Source of the DNA: Zygnema circumcarinatum SAG 698-1b
Lineage: Eukaryota > Plantae > Zygnematophyceae
Reading direction: 5' to 3'
Assembly: GCA_037447605.1 (NCBI GenBank)
Contig: CM074816.1
Span: 2,136,525-2,200,524, forward strand
Length of the DNA: 64,000 bases
In this document: piece by piece, positions 45,018 through 57,437 of the stretch
Position numbering within the stretch: position 1 is the stretch's first letter
Layout: every line of letters starts with the position of its first letter
Translations under genes and position numbers: made by a program
The notes under the pieces: generated by a model
The model's input: only the letters and a program-made list of their open reading frames with translations
Told to the model about the DNA's origin: nothing
Database searches by the model: none

Positions 45018-48000
45018 ATGGCGGCCGCACCCGCCGGGAGGGGCGGAGGCGCAGGCGTGTACAATATTGTTCCCGAGGACGCCTCCGCTCCGCATCCCGC
45101 CTTCGACATTGCCGAGGTGCTCCTCGTGCTCGCGCTGCCTACGGGCCCCTCGAGCTCAAACGAGCAATGCTCTTATTTTTTTCACTGAATTAAGCGTAAA
45201 AACTATGGCCTCTTTATTTTATTATTATTATCACCGGCAGGCAGTCTCCCCTCTCACGCTGGGCCCGCCCGCTTGAGCCTGTGCAACAGGTGAGAGCGGC
45301 CGCCTCTGCGCTGCGCGGAGTGCAGAACCTGCGCTGGCCCACCGGGCGCGCTCCGCAGAGGCGCGGCGCGGACGTTCTCGACTGGCTGGCGGCCATCTTC
45401 CGGTTCCAGGTGCGCCCCCGCCCCCCCCGCTCCGCTCCGCTCAGGGTCGCAGGGCACACACCGGCTGACGGCGGCGCAAGGGCGGGCCTTTGAGCGCAGA
45501 GTGGCAATGTGCGCAACCAGAGGGAGCATCTTTTGCTTTTGCTTTCCAACACTCAAATGCGCCTCTATCCACGCTCACCAACAAACGAGGTTCTCCACGA
45601 AGGACACTTCCCTGCCCGCCCTCCTTGTCGTTCCCTCGTTCTTTTCTCACCTCTTGGGCTTTGAAGCTACCCGCCTTAGTTTTGTTCAATGAAGAGAATT
45701 TGTACCAAAAACTGAAAGTTACATCATGGTCAGGGCAAGGTGTGGCTGGAGTTTGAATCAACGTTTTTTATTTTTTTTTGCATGCCTTCGTGGGCACAGC
45801 CTAGGTCTGAGGTGCATCTCAAGTCTGAAGTCGTCACTTCAGTCTGTGAGAAGCTCACGGCAAATTATACATCGTGGTGCAACTTCCTCCGTATAAAAGT
45901 GAACTTGCTGTGAGTCGCATCCCTTGACCTGCGCGTGCTTGCCGGCACTGAACGAAAATGAATTTTTTATTCAAGCTCGTTATTGCAAGAGCGTGGTAGC
46001 CAACAGAGTGGACCTTGTCAATGGCAGGCCAAGTGGGGGCCGCGCACTGGGGCGTCCGATGGAGCTGATTTATTGCGCACTCTACTTGCTTATTTGGGGA
46101 GAAGCCGCCAACGTGCGGTTTATGCCAGAATGCCTCTGCTATATTTTCCACCATGTGGGTCAGCCTTTCCCTCGCACTCCTTGTTCCTAAGATCAGCAGC
46201 TCGTTCGCTTGTTGAGGGGCCAGTAGGGCCACTGCAAACATACCTCGAGGCCTTTTCTTTTTGTCTGCTAACTTCAGAAATGTCTCAGTGTTTAATTTAA
46301 GCAGCAAGCGCCTTGGAGCTGACTGCAGATGGCTGGCGAAGTGAACGAGCTGGCAACGAGTTCACCTGCGTCGCTATTGACCGAACATTCAGTTCCACAG
46401 GACAGCCAAGGTGACGGCTTCCTCGAGCATGTCATCCAGCCTCTGTACAACATCGTCAAGGCGGTGAGTGCGATGTTGCCCTTTACTGTCGGGTCGGGCG
46501 AAGGCTGACAGGTAGGCCGGGCTTGCTTGCCGGAAACCGCGCGTTCTCAAGGGCGGGCTCCCTCTGCCTCTGCCTCTGCCTCTTATCATGACTCTTACTC
46601 TGCCTCTTGCGCGTGCAGGAGGCGGACAGCAGCCGCGATGGCAAAGCGCCGCACTGGGCGTGGCGGAACTACGACGATATGAACGAGTACTTCTGGTGGG
46701 CAGGCCATCGGCCAAACCCTCCAAGGGGTTCATGTGTCAGATCTTTCTGTCTGCCTTCGTACTCCCAGCAAATGATTATCGCGAAATCCGTACACTCATC
46801 GGAACAGGATTACGGTCCTCGAACTTGCTTGTGTCCTTTGCTAGAAAGTCTCTACCTCACCACTGTCCTTACGTCTGACTTGGTGTTCGAACTCGTGAGC
46901 GACACAGAAGCCGGTTCATTGCCTGTGGACAACAATAACATCGCTACGGTTTTCCTGTCCTTACTTGAAGCGTGGAGGCCTTGCAGGAATAAACGCTGTT
47001 TTCGCGAGATTGGTTGGCCTCTTCGCCTGACTGGCAGCTATTTTCTGCCACCTGTGAGTGCACAGTCCTCTGTAATTTGTAGAGAAGAGGGAGTCTCTTT
47101 TGAAAGCACAATTGAGGAAACACAATTGGAATGGTTTGTGCCCTTAATTGCTCCAAATGTGTGGATCTACTTTCGTGAATATTGTGTTGTCTCTGCTGCT
47201 TTCCGATATTCAAACTCGCATAAACGACTGTTCGCTTTTTAAACTGGCTTCGTCCTGCATTTACTCTGCAGTAAGACACCGATACTCCCACGGACGGTCC
47301 TTATTTTAATGCAGTGGATGGTCAGGTGATTTACTCACTGGGTGCTGAACGGAGAGGGCTTCGCAGGAGAAGCCGGGCAGGAAGGTGGGGAAGACGGGGT
47401 TCGTGGAGCAGAGGTCCTTTTTTAACCTCTTTCAAAGCTTCGACCGCGTGTGGGTCCTGCACGTGCTTATGTTCCAGGTGCTTCCGGGCGGGCTCCATCC
47501 TTCTTCCTGTGCTGTGAATGCGCCGCTTGCATTAGGATCATGATTGCACAAGGAAATGCCATTTGAGCAAGGTCCGGATTCTCATTCAGGAAGTATGCGA
47601 CGCGGGGTCTCTCGTTTGTATTGTAAGAAGTGGAGCGGACAAGATGAGAAAGATATCCTGTAATGCTGAGCAGATGGATATTCCATGACATCCATTAACA
47701 CTTTTCGCAGTATACACATTGACTAGACGAGCATACGTAGCCATTTCAGACATGAAAGTACCTCGATTTCTTTTGCCTCTAATTTTCTTTCCTTCAGAAT
47801 GGATGCATAGCAAATTCGTCTCCTTTGTGGAGTCCGCGATTCAACAGCGCCTATGTTTATCCCCGCCATTGACTGCCATTGACTGTTGGGAGCGAGCGCC
47901 ATGCATGTGCAGGCCCTTGCTCTCATCGCTTGGGACGCAGAAGCCGCGGACAGGACTCCATGGATGCAGCTCGCCAAGAGTCAGGACACAGTTGCCGTAC

Positions 48001-51000
48001 TGCTCACGTGCTTCATTACGTGGGCATTTCTACGTCTCATATTCGGTACGAAACTGAACCCAATCTTGCCACAACATTTTGTAAGTTTTGCCTTTTTGTT
48101 TGAACCTCCTCACGTTCACGCCTTTTGGACGACAGAACTCTACCATGGCCCTGCCAGCCTCCTATTTTGCCAAAGGGGAGTATCGTGCAAAATTGTCGCA
48201 TCTGCATCAGACAGTATACACTTGTCAGAGGCGTTTACAAGAAAGAACCAAGTGATTTGCTATTTCACCGCTTTGTGCATACGCATAGTGTGTACTTTAC
48301 ACGGGCAGCATTCTGCGGAAACGTTCACAGGCAATGTTAAGCAGAGAATCGCGGCTCCTAATGATGAATTTTGCCGTCATGCAGCCCTTCTGACGGTCGT
48401 ACTCCAGCGGCGGTTGGTGAAGCGTGAGACCCTCATGGTGGGCGTGCGCATGCTGCTAAAAATCGTCGTTGCGGCATTTTGGCTCATTTTCTTTTCCATC
48501 TGTTACTGGTAAGCTCCTTCTCAACGCTTTCAGTTGATGCATTTAGCCACGAAACGAACTCACAGATATCCGTTTTAAGGCATAGCACGTGGCATGATCT
48601 TTGCACGGTGAGGCGTTGTGCGCCGAATTCTTACTGCTGTTGTCCGCATTCTCTCATTAGACTACCATCCGGATGACAAATAACGTTTATCAGCGGACCC
48701 GTCCAACGGCTGCTCGAGTGCAATCACCTCTGTTGGCTGCCATGATCTGAATCCTAACACGTTCAGTACATAAGGAAACTGAGAGTTGCAGCGTTCTAGC
48801 GTATCCGAAACGACAAAGCTCTTATCGCGACTCAGCAACCACGACTGCAGACATGTGCAGAAGGATGATGGGACGTTCTCTGACTAGTGAGCCCATTCAT
48901 TCCCGGGTGTGCAGGCAGATGTGGCGGTACAGGCAGGCCGACCAGTACTGGTCCGGGCGCGCCCAGGGGCGGTTCCGCCTCTTCCTGTACGCCGCGGCCG
49001 CGTTCTGTCTCCCGCAGGCGCTGGGCCTGCTCGCCGCGCTGCTGCCATGGCTCGCACGCGCCATCGAGACCTCCGATTGGAGGGCGGCCTCTCTGCTCAC
49101 TTGGTGGTTTCAGGTGCGGTCCGGTCCTGCCTGCTCCCGCTCCCCCCTCGACCTTACCTTGAGGGTGTGGTGTGCTCACGGCTGGGCAGCCTCTCTCTGT
49201 GCAGAGCCATCTGTTTGTGGGCCGGGGGCTGCTGGAGAGCACGTGGGATACCATATGGTAGGCCCGCACCGCTGTTCAGGCTGCTTCGTACTAGATTCGG
49301 ACGCGTCTGTATGTCATATTCACAATGTAGGAAATAGTTGCTGTGCTGAAGTGTTGACCTTGAGTGGACTACTTTGATGCGACCTGCCTTGTCGCAGTTG
49401 CAGAGAATGAAAAACCAGATTGACGACATGTGCATGTGTGTGACAGTTGAAATGGGGCTTGATTTCTGGGAAAAACAGCTATTCGCTGTTCTGGATTATT
49501 CTACTCGCAGGCAAATTCAGCTTCAGCTACTTTCTGCAGGTTCCTTGTGGCTCTACACTCACAACTGTGCTGTACATGGAGGCGATGAATGCACTATACT
49601 GGTTACCTAATGGAGCTGGAATATGAAAATTTACGGCTTTAATTTCATAGCCCAGTTATGAAAGTCCAATAGAGGCTTTCGCTCAAGGGCGTTCTTCCTG
49701 TACAAAGGCACGGGCACGGCAAGGGCAAGGGCAAGGGGCAAGTGTTAGCAGGTCCTGAAGGTATTTGGTGAAGAATCTCCCTCACTGTCAAGGTGACGAG
49801 AGGAGATAGGTCGTCTTGACTGGCCTGGTCGTTCGGGTGGCAGATCAAGCCTATGGTGGCACCAACTCAGCAGCTGCTTGATCTCGAAGTTGTGTATCGC
49901 TGGCCCAATTTCAACACAGGAAGTGAGTTTTTTTGTACATTGCTCAACGCGTGGAACCATCAACTACCTATTGCATGAATCAAAACAGCGGCAAACCGGT
50001 GCTCCTCCACAGATGATGCTTTTGCGGGCAGCGCTGAGCTGAGCTGGGCGTCTGTGCGGCTGCAGAAAACGTGCTAGCGCTTATCTGCCTCTGGGCGCCG
50101 GCCATCCTGGTGGGCTGGCTCTCCTCCCTCTCCTCCCTCTCCTCCCTCTCCTCCCCCTCCTCCCTCTCCTCCCTCTCCTCCCTCTCCTCCCCCTCCTCCC
50201 TCTCCTCCCTCTCCTCCCTCCTCCCTCTCCTCCCTCTCCTCCCTCTCCTCCCCCTCCTCCCCCTCCTCCCTCTCCTCCCTCTCCTCCCTCTCCTCCCTCT
50301 CCTCCCTCTCCTCCCTCTCCTCCCTCTCCTCCCTCTCCTCCCTCTCCTCCCTCTGCTCCCGCTCCTCCCTCTCCTCCCTCTCCTCCAGCCAAGTGCAGGA
50401 CGGCTCGCTTATCGAACTTTTGGCGGGAAGAGAGGTGAGAGGTGGAGAGTGGGAACTGACTGCTGCCGGGACGCTGGCCGCAGGTCTATGTTATGGACAT
50501 ACAGATCTGGTATTCCGTGCTCTCGTCCGTAGTAGGCCTGCTCTCAGGCCTGTTCAAACATATCGGAGAGGTGCCTCCTGCTGCCTCTTTGTCTCCCTTC
50601 ATGCACCGCAGTCGAAGTGATGCCGAGCTTTCTTCTGACCGGTTTCAGGAAAGGCTTTAACAGTGAAGAAAGGACACACTTTTGACAGGTGTCATGTACT
50701 GGGGGTTCATCCACTGTTCCTACTCCTTCCCAGCCACAGTGGGCGTTTAGTGGCCAGCCCTAGTTGAGGGCTGTAGGAGGAAGCTCATGCGGGAGGGAGG
50801 ACTAAATTTGCTGTCGCAGGCCCGCAATGCCAAATTCTTGTTACTGCGCTTCCAGCATCTTCCCGATGCGGTCTCTTTCAACCTCACTGCCCCGGATGTC
50901 CTCCCTTTGAGGAGGTAAGGCAACAGTCTTGGGATATGGAACAGCGCTTCTGGATTCATGCCCTTGTTGAGAAACAGCTTTGGGCTCGTCATAGCGTGCT

Positions 51001-54000
51001 TTTCCAAAGGAGGAAATTTGCGAGAGGATGTGTGCAGGCGCGCGTTCCTCGGATGGTGGGGCGAGCTCAAACGTTATGGCGGCCAGCTCCGCCTGCGGTA
51101 CGGCCGCCTGCTACCGCAACCTGCCAAGGTGGCACGCGCACACCTCAGCCTGCACCTGCTCACACTCAAAATGGGAGGGCTCTTCTTTGCAGTGCTAGTA
51201 TCGTTGTGTACCCAAACTCTATGCGTGCGACCACCATGATGGACAAGAACGGTGCTTGGTTAGAAGCTGCTGCGAAGATGGTGTTGGAAACATCTTTACT
51301 GATTGACTTGTTGTGTTGGACACAGCGTGGAGACGCACGATTTGCGATTTTATGGAACGGAATTGTGGAGAGCTTCCGTGAAGAAGATCTGATCTCCAAT
51401 AGGTGCACCATCGTCTGCTATAACGTGGTGCTCATGTCCCAGATACTTTGGCCCATCCTCAATCTTTTTGTCCGCACGATTGCGCTTCATTTGATTGAAT
51501 TGGGGAAAGGCCCTTTTTCCTTCCTGCAGAGAAGTGGAGCTGCTGAAGATTCCCGAGCCCCTGTGGAGACTGTCCGTACCACAATGGCCAGCTCTACTTC
51601 TTGCAAATGAGGTGTGTGCAATCTCGCGGAAAGGCATCACCCACGGTAATTTAGCATACAGGACCTCCTTAGAGTAGCAGCTCTGTTGTATAATTGAGGC
51701 AAATGAGCGTTGTTGCTATTCTGCACGAGAATGTTTTCGTCTGCGCTGACGCATCTTTGGAAGGCAAACTTCTTCGTGGCACCTTTTTGTTCATAGTTCT
51801 TGCAAAACATAATCTGTTTCGGCATCAACACTGCGGACTTTAACTTGCTGGACAGGAGTTTCAGCACAGCTTTCAAAATTGCTCGCTGAATCCTTTTGAG
51901 TCATAGAACTCCAGAGAATAACTCGATCGCTCGTATTCTCTGCACTATCCCAGCATGCATGCTCTGCTCGCGTGTTGCAGAGCATCTTGCGAGATGCTCT
52001 GCGGCGCATGCTTCGTTGACAAGTTGTGGAGTCCCATGGCTTAGCACGAAAGCAGAGAGGCAGAGGCAACAAAGGTTTCTGACATTACTTCCCACCCGCA
52101 TGCAGCTGATGCGCGCTGTGACGCTAGCCAGCGCGTGGAGGGGCAGCAGCAGGAGCCTGTGGCGCCGGGTGTGCGCGAAGGAGTACCGCCGCTGTGCCGT
52201 TATCGAGAGCTACGAGGTCCTCAAGTGCGTGCTGCGGCGCATAGTGGCGGCGGAGGCGGAGCGGGCGATGCTCGCAAAGGTTGTGGAGGTAGTCGACGCG
52301 GCGACCGCTGCAGGCACAGGGCCCGACCACGACTTTGGAAAGTCCCTGCACGCGGAGGCCCTCCCTGCTGTCCGTACAAAGGTGGCGGACCTCCTTTGTG
52401 CCCTCAGCAAGCGGCCCGAGCAGGGGGCAGCCGGGGGAGTGGTGAAAGCTTTGCAGGACCTGCACGAGGTTGTGGTCAACGACCTTTTTAAGCCCGACGT
52501 TCTTCGCATGCTACAACAGCACAACGTTTTTCCGTCGTCTTCAGCTTCGCCTCTTTATGTTGATGCCATAACTCTTCCTGCGGCAACAGACGATGCTTTC
52601 TATAAGCAGGTTGTGCGGCTGCAGACGATTTTGACCACCAACACCCCGATGTTGCAAGTCCCGGCTAATCTCGAAGCTCGGCGGCGGATGGCCTTCTTTT
52701 GCAATTCTGTGTTCATGGACATGCCGTCAGCGCCGAAGGTGGAGCACATGCGCTCGTTCTGCGTGATGACGCCGTACTACAAGGAAACGGTCGCGTTCAA
52801 CAAGAAGGAGCTCACAACTGAGAACGAGGATGGCATCACCACTCTCTTCTATTTGCAGAAGATTTTTCCTGATGAGTGGGAAAACCTCGAGGAACGACTG
52901 GGATGCAAGCAACGTCAGATGTGGCAGATGGACGGCGGCCATGAAATTTGTCTATGGGCATCCTACCGGGGCCAAACATTGACTCGCACAGTACGAGGAA
53001 TGATGTATTATCGACGGGCTTTGGAGATGCAGGCATTGCTGGAGGAGGGAGAGGATGGGGACGAGCCATCAGGGTTCTTACGAGATTTGGGAGAGAGAAT
53101 TGCAGGCGAGGAAAGTGTCGCTCTCCTACCAATCCGCAGTCATGTCCAGAGGGCTCCGACTCAATCCGCACGGGCCCGGATGCTTTGCAATTTGAAGTAT
53201 ACATATGTGGTCACTTGCCAGGTGTATGGCAAGCAGAAGAAAGAAGGCGATCCCAAGGCCGCAGCCATCTTGGAATTAATGAAGAAGTATGAGGCACTGA
53301 GAGTGGCTTACGTTGATGACGAGGGCGGAGCAGTATACTCAGTTCTTGTCAAATGGGATTCCGTTACAATGGCAGAGCAGGAAGTGTATCGCGTGCGGTT
53401 GCCCGGACCCATGAAGCTGGGAGAGGGCAAGCCGGAGAACCAAAACCATGCCATCATTTTCACAAGAGGCGATGCTTTACAGACAATTGACATGAATCAG
53501 GTAGAGTGACCCCACAGACATGATTTTCACTGACAGGTGACAATTGGCACATTCGACATGGAGAATGTTTTTCATAGGCGTGTACCTCTCACGTGTTCGG
53601 TGTTCTAAGCCTGCCGGAGCCCACTGTTGAACAGCGATTCGCATGCCATTCTGCTGATTGTCGACCAGACGTAGGACGGCAGAATGTGGGCAGTGCCCCT
53701 AACCGCAGCAGCGGTGTGCAGGAAAACTATTTGGAGGAAGCCCTGAAGCTGCGTAACCTCCTTCAAGAGTTCGATCGTTTCGCCGGTGTGCGGCGGCCCG
53801 CCCTTTTGGGCCTGCGCGAGCACGTGTTCACGGGGGGCATCAGCTCGCTTGCAGGGCTCATGTCGGCGCAGGAGACGGCCTTTGTCACGCTCGGTCAGCG
53901 AGTGCTGGCAAACCCGCTCAAGGTCAGCAAGATGCTCCTTCTTCTACCTTCCTGCATAGAGGGGGCGGGCGGCGGGTTCAGTAAGGGTTCAGTAAGGGTT

Positions 54001-57000
54001 CAGTAAGGGTTCAGTAAGGGTTCAGTAAGGGTTCAGTTAGGGTTCAGTAAGGGTTCAGTAAGGGTTCAGTAAGGGTGAGGAAGGGGTGCCGCTTCTGGTG
54101 GGGGGGGCACTCACGGTTGTTCTCTGTCATGGCTGCGAGTTTTGGGTTTCTCCATTGACAACAGACTCTCTCCTTACACGTGCCAGGTCCGCATGCACTA
54201 TGGCCATCCTGACGTATTCGACCGCCTATGGTTTATCACACGGGGCGGCGTCAGTAAGGCGTCTCGCGTTATCAACATATCGGAGGACATATTCGCCGGA
54301 TTCAACTGCACACTTCGCGGCGGCACAGTCACTCATCACGAGTACATGCAGGTGGGCCATGGCTGCCGAAGCTGGCAGGGGAGGCTCCATGATCAGGCAC
54401 TTGTGGGAGAGTTAGTAGCCTTATCGCCTGAATCATTCGGGAAGACCGGCTGCTGAAGGCACAAAGCTGCACGGCCATGCTTACATTTCATTGCAAGCAG
54501 AGTGCAGTCAAGTCTCATGCATGCCCGTCTCGCTCCTCCTGTTGGGTCTTGTCCACTTGTCTTAATTGCGATGCACAGGATGGAGGTGGGACAAATGCGG
54601 GCTCAATTGAACAGCTTTGAGCACGTGTTTGCGTGTGGGGGTGGCGCAGGTGGGGAAAGGGCGCGATGTAGGGCTGAATCAAATAGCGCTTTTTGAAGCC
54701 AAAGTCGCCAGCGGCAACGGGGAGCAGACACTGTCCCGCGATGTATATCGGCTTGGTCACCGGCTTGATTTTTTCCGAATGCTATCTTTTTACTATACAT
54801 CCGTGGGGTTCTATGCATGCACGATGCTGACTGCTTTCACTGTATATGCGTTTCTATGGAGCCGATGCTACCTGGCATTATCAGGCGTGGAGGATGCGCT
54901 AGCATTGGATACAAACAAATTCAGTCAAAAAGCACTGATTACAGTGTTAAATCAGCAGTTCCTTGTGCAGGTAAGGGGAGGACCGCTATACAGTCTTCTA
55001 GTATATGCAAGCGGGCAGATGATGATGATGTGTTTGCCTCTAAATTGGCATTCTGGCTTTCACTGATGTTGTAATCTTCCACTGCCGTTGATGCAAGACC
55101 TTAAGGACAAGCATGAGAGTGAAGCGATGATTTATGTGTAGGCAGAAGTTCTGATGGGATAAAAGTTGTACATTGAAACTTTTTGAAGAAGGGCAGGAGT
55201 AATATACGCTGATTAGAGGCTGTTGCTCGAGCCTTACGGTGCGGATCGATTCAAATCTGCAGATTGGAATCTTCACCGCACTCCCCATGATTATGGAATA
55301 TGCCCTCGAGTTCGGGTTTCCAGCAGCATTGTGGGATTTCTTCCTGATGCAGCTCCAGTTGGCTTCTGTCTTTTTCACCTTCTCTCTGGGCACAAAAACA
55401 CACTACTATGGCCGCACTATACTCCATGGGGGTGCCAAGGTTGGCCGCCTCTCCCTCCCCCGCCTCAGAGAGGGCATCTATCTGTGATGCGCATGTGTAG
55501 GTTTATGGTTTTCAGGACATTTGGAATGAAGTCTCAGTGCGTTGGTGGTGTTGGGAGGGCTGCAGTACAGGGAAACAGGCCGCGGTTTTGTTGTCCGGCA
55601 CGAAACGTTTGCTGTGAACTATCGCATGTATGCACGGAGCCACTTCGTCAAGGCCTTCGAGCTCATGGTGCTACTTATTATTTACCAGTCGTACACGAAG
55701 CTCAGCTCGGGGCTTTCCTATTACCTCCTCACAATTGCATCCTGGTTTCTCGCTCTTTCCTGGATGATGGCACCCTTCGTATTCAATCCATCTGGGTTCG
55801 ATTGGCTGAAGATGGTAGATGATTGGAAAGATTTCTGTGCCTGGTTGTGGCGCAAAGGGGGGGTGTTGGCGAAGGAGGAGGATTGCTGGGAAGTTTGGTG
55901 GAAGGGGGAGAACATCCACCTGCGTACTACAGGCCCTTGGGGACTTGTCGCAGAGGCCGTTCTTGCACTGCGGTTCTTCTTGTTTCAGGTTAACCACTAG
56001 GCCGGCTCGCCAATGCATTGTTGCCCTGCTTTATATTACCCGATGCGTTGAAGCTGGGTATCCCTCCATCTCTTTCTGCTGCGTCTCGGTTCTCCTGTTT
56101 GTCAGGGTCTGTGCCTCAGAGCGGAGTTGTATTGCGGAGTCTCTTTGTTCCTATGCGAATGCTGACTAACTCGCACACGTGACATTTGTTTCTGTTCGTT
56201 TGCAATTCCCAATTCTGCCGTTCTGTTCGTCGCTGTGCTGCAATGCCACAGTGGGGAATCGTTTATCAGGCAAGTCTCTTGTCCTCTCACTGCGAATTTG
56301 TAAAGATCTCTACAGAAGCTTAGTGGGCAGGCTGCACCTAAGTGGTGGGGATCGTTTGGCTGCTCCATTCCAGACTACCTTCGTCTTTCCCTCTCCACGG
56401 CAGGAGGTTGGCGAATGGCGGAGGGCAACCCCTCCCCTTGTGCAGAAATCTTATTCTGATGAGATCACTTTTTGAGTGCTGATTTAGCGTTGTCTGTCTG
56501 CGTCTGCGCAGCTGCAAGTGACGTCAGGGAGCAGCAGCGTCCTCATCTACGTGTACTCGTGGGGCTACTTCGTGGTCCTCGCCTTCGTCTCCGTCACCTT
56601 GAGCGTTGCGAGGGAGCAGTTCTACGAGAAGCGGCACTTGACGTACAGAGTGGTGCAGCTTGCGGTGTTCCTCTGCGTGGCGGGAGCGGCCCTCGCCGCC
56701 CTCCTCCTCACGAGTTTTGACGTGCGGGACATCTTCGCGAGCGCGGTCGCGTTCCTGCCGACGGGGTGGGGCCTCCTCCAGCTCGCGCAGGTCCTCGCGG
56801 CGGCGCTGCCGGGGGGGGAGGAGTCGCGGCTGTGGGCCGCCGCGGTGGTGCCGACCGCGCAAGCGTACGAGCTGCTGCTCGCGGCCGCCGTGGCGCTGCC
56901 CGTGGCGGTGCTCTCATGGCTTCCGGGCGTGCAGGACATGCAGACGCGCATCCTCTTCAACCAGGCCTTCAGCCGCGGTCTGCAGATCTCTCGCATTCTA

Positions 57001-57030
57001 GTGGGGAAAAAACCCAACCCGGGATTCTGA
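45018..57030 (+). CDS. CALS: Callose synthase (GT48), GSL1/GSL5 (CalS11/12, PMR4)-type, about 29 exons, lacking the N-terminal Vta1-like region
   Basis: Starts MAAAPAGRGGGAGVYNIVPEDASAPHPAFDIAE|VRAAASAL...DVLDWLAAIFRFQ|SGNVRNQREH, matching the GSL5-type HPSLRFPEVRAAAAAL...DLLDWL. Later motifs: [49 protein letters not shown], a large exon 52106-53500 ([50 protein letters not shown]), [12 protein letters not shown]. Last exon 56512-57030 ([24 protein letters not shown]). Confidence 0.95.
50119..50386. repeat. (CTCCTCCCT)n 9-bp minisatellite, about 29 copies, intronic
   Basis: Begins about 10 nt after the donor at 50110 and has a few CTCCTCCCC variants. It generates the spurious (LLP)n, (EGG)n and (GRR)n ORFs. 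Confidence 0.95.
53974..54072. repeat. (GGGTTCAGTAA)9 11-bp tandem repeat, intronic
   Basis: Nine head-to-tail copies, one variant (GGGTTCAGTTA at 54029), inside the intron 53923-54186. Confidence 0.95.
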
Positions 57031-57437
57031 TTCTGGTTCTCGACGTAACATTGTAAAGGTTTCGGCCGACTCATTGGAAGCTTTTGTTATCCGTTTGTGG
57101 TCGTGCTGTTTCAGCCGAGAGGTGTTCGCAGAGGCATTGATGTGCTGTCGAGTAGGATAGGCTGTGGCCGACTCGTCCGCCGAGACATCACCTGACATGC
57201 ACTGATGGCTTCCAACGGAGCAATGCTACAAGTCAAGTCTTTGACATGTCCGGAACGCCACAAAACATTTTCATATCAACTCATCTAAAGGAAAAGGGAA
57301 TTTGCAAAATTTCAACGAGCAGCTGTTCACGCTGCTCGTCACAACTGAAGCAATGCCGCGCTTGAGGAAATAAGGACAAGATATTAGGCTTGCGACCCCC
57401 AGGGTCCCAACTGCATTTTTCTGCACCGATCTTTCTG

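Noticed and set aside
44399-45193. Several repeat-rich ORFs in the CalS-CalS spacer as a hidden small gene
   Set aside because: They are translations of the CCCT/GAGGGA tracts, and one runs through Ns. There is no coding signature.
50071-50532. ORFs encoding (SSL)n/(LLP)n and (EGG)n/(GRR)n proteins
   Set aside because: These are translations of the intronic 9-bp minisatellite, which has no stop codon in any frame.
53974-54072. CRISPR array or true telomere
   Set aside because: There are no spacers, the context is a eukaryotic intron, and the 11-bp unit is not a canonical TTTAGGG/TTAGGG array.
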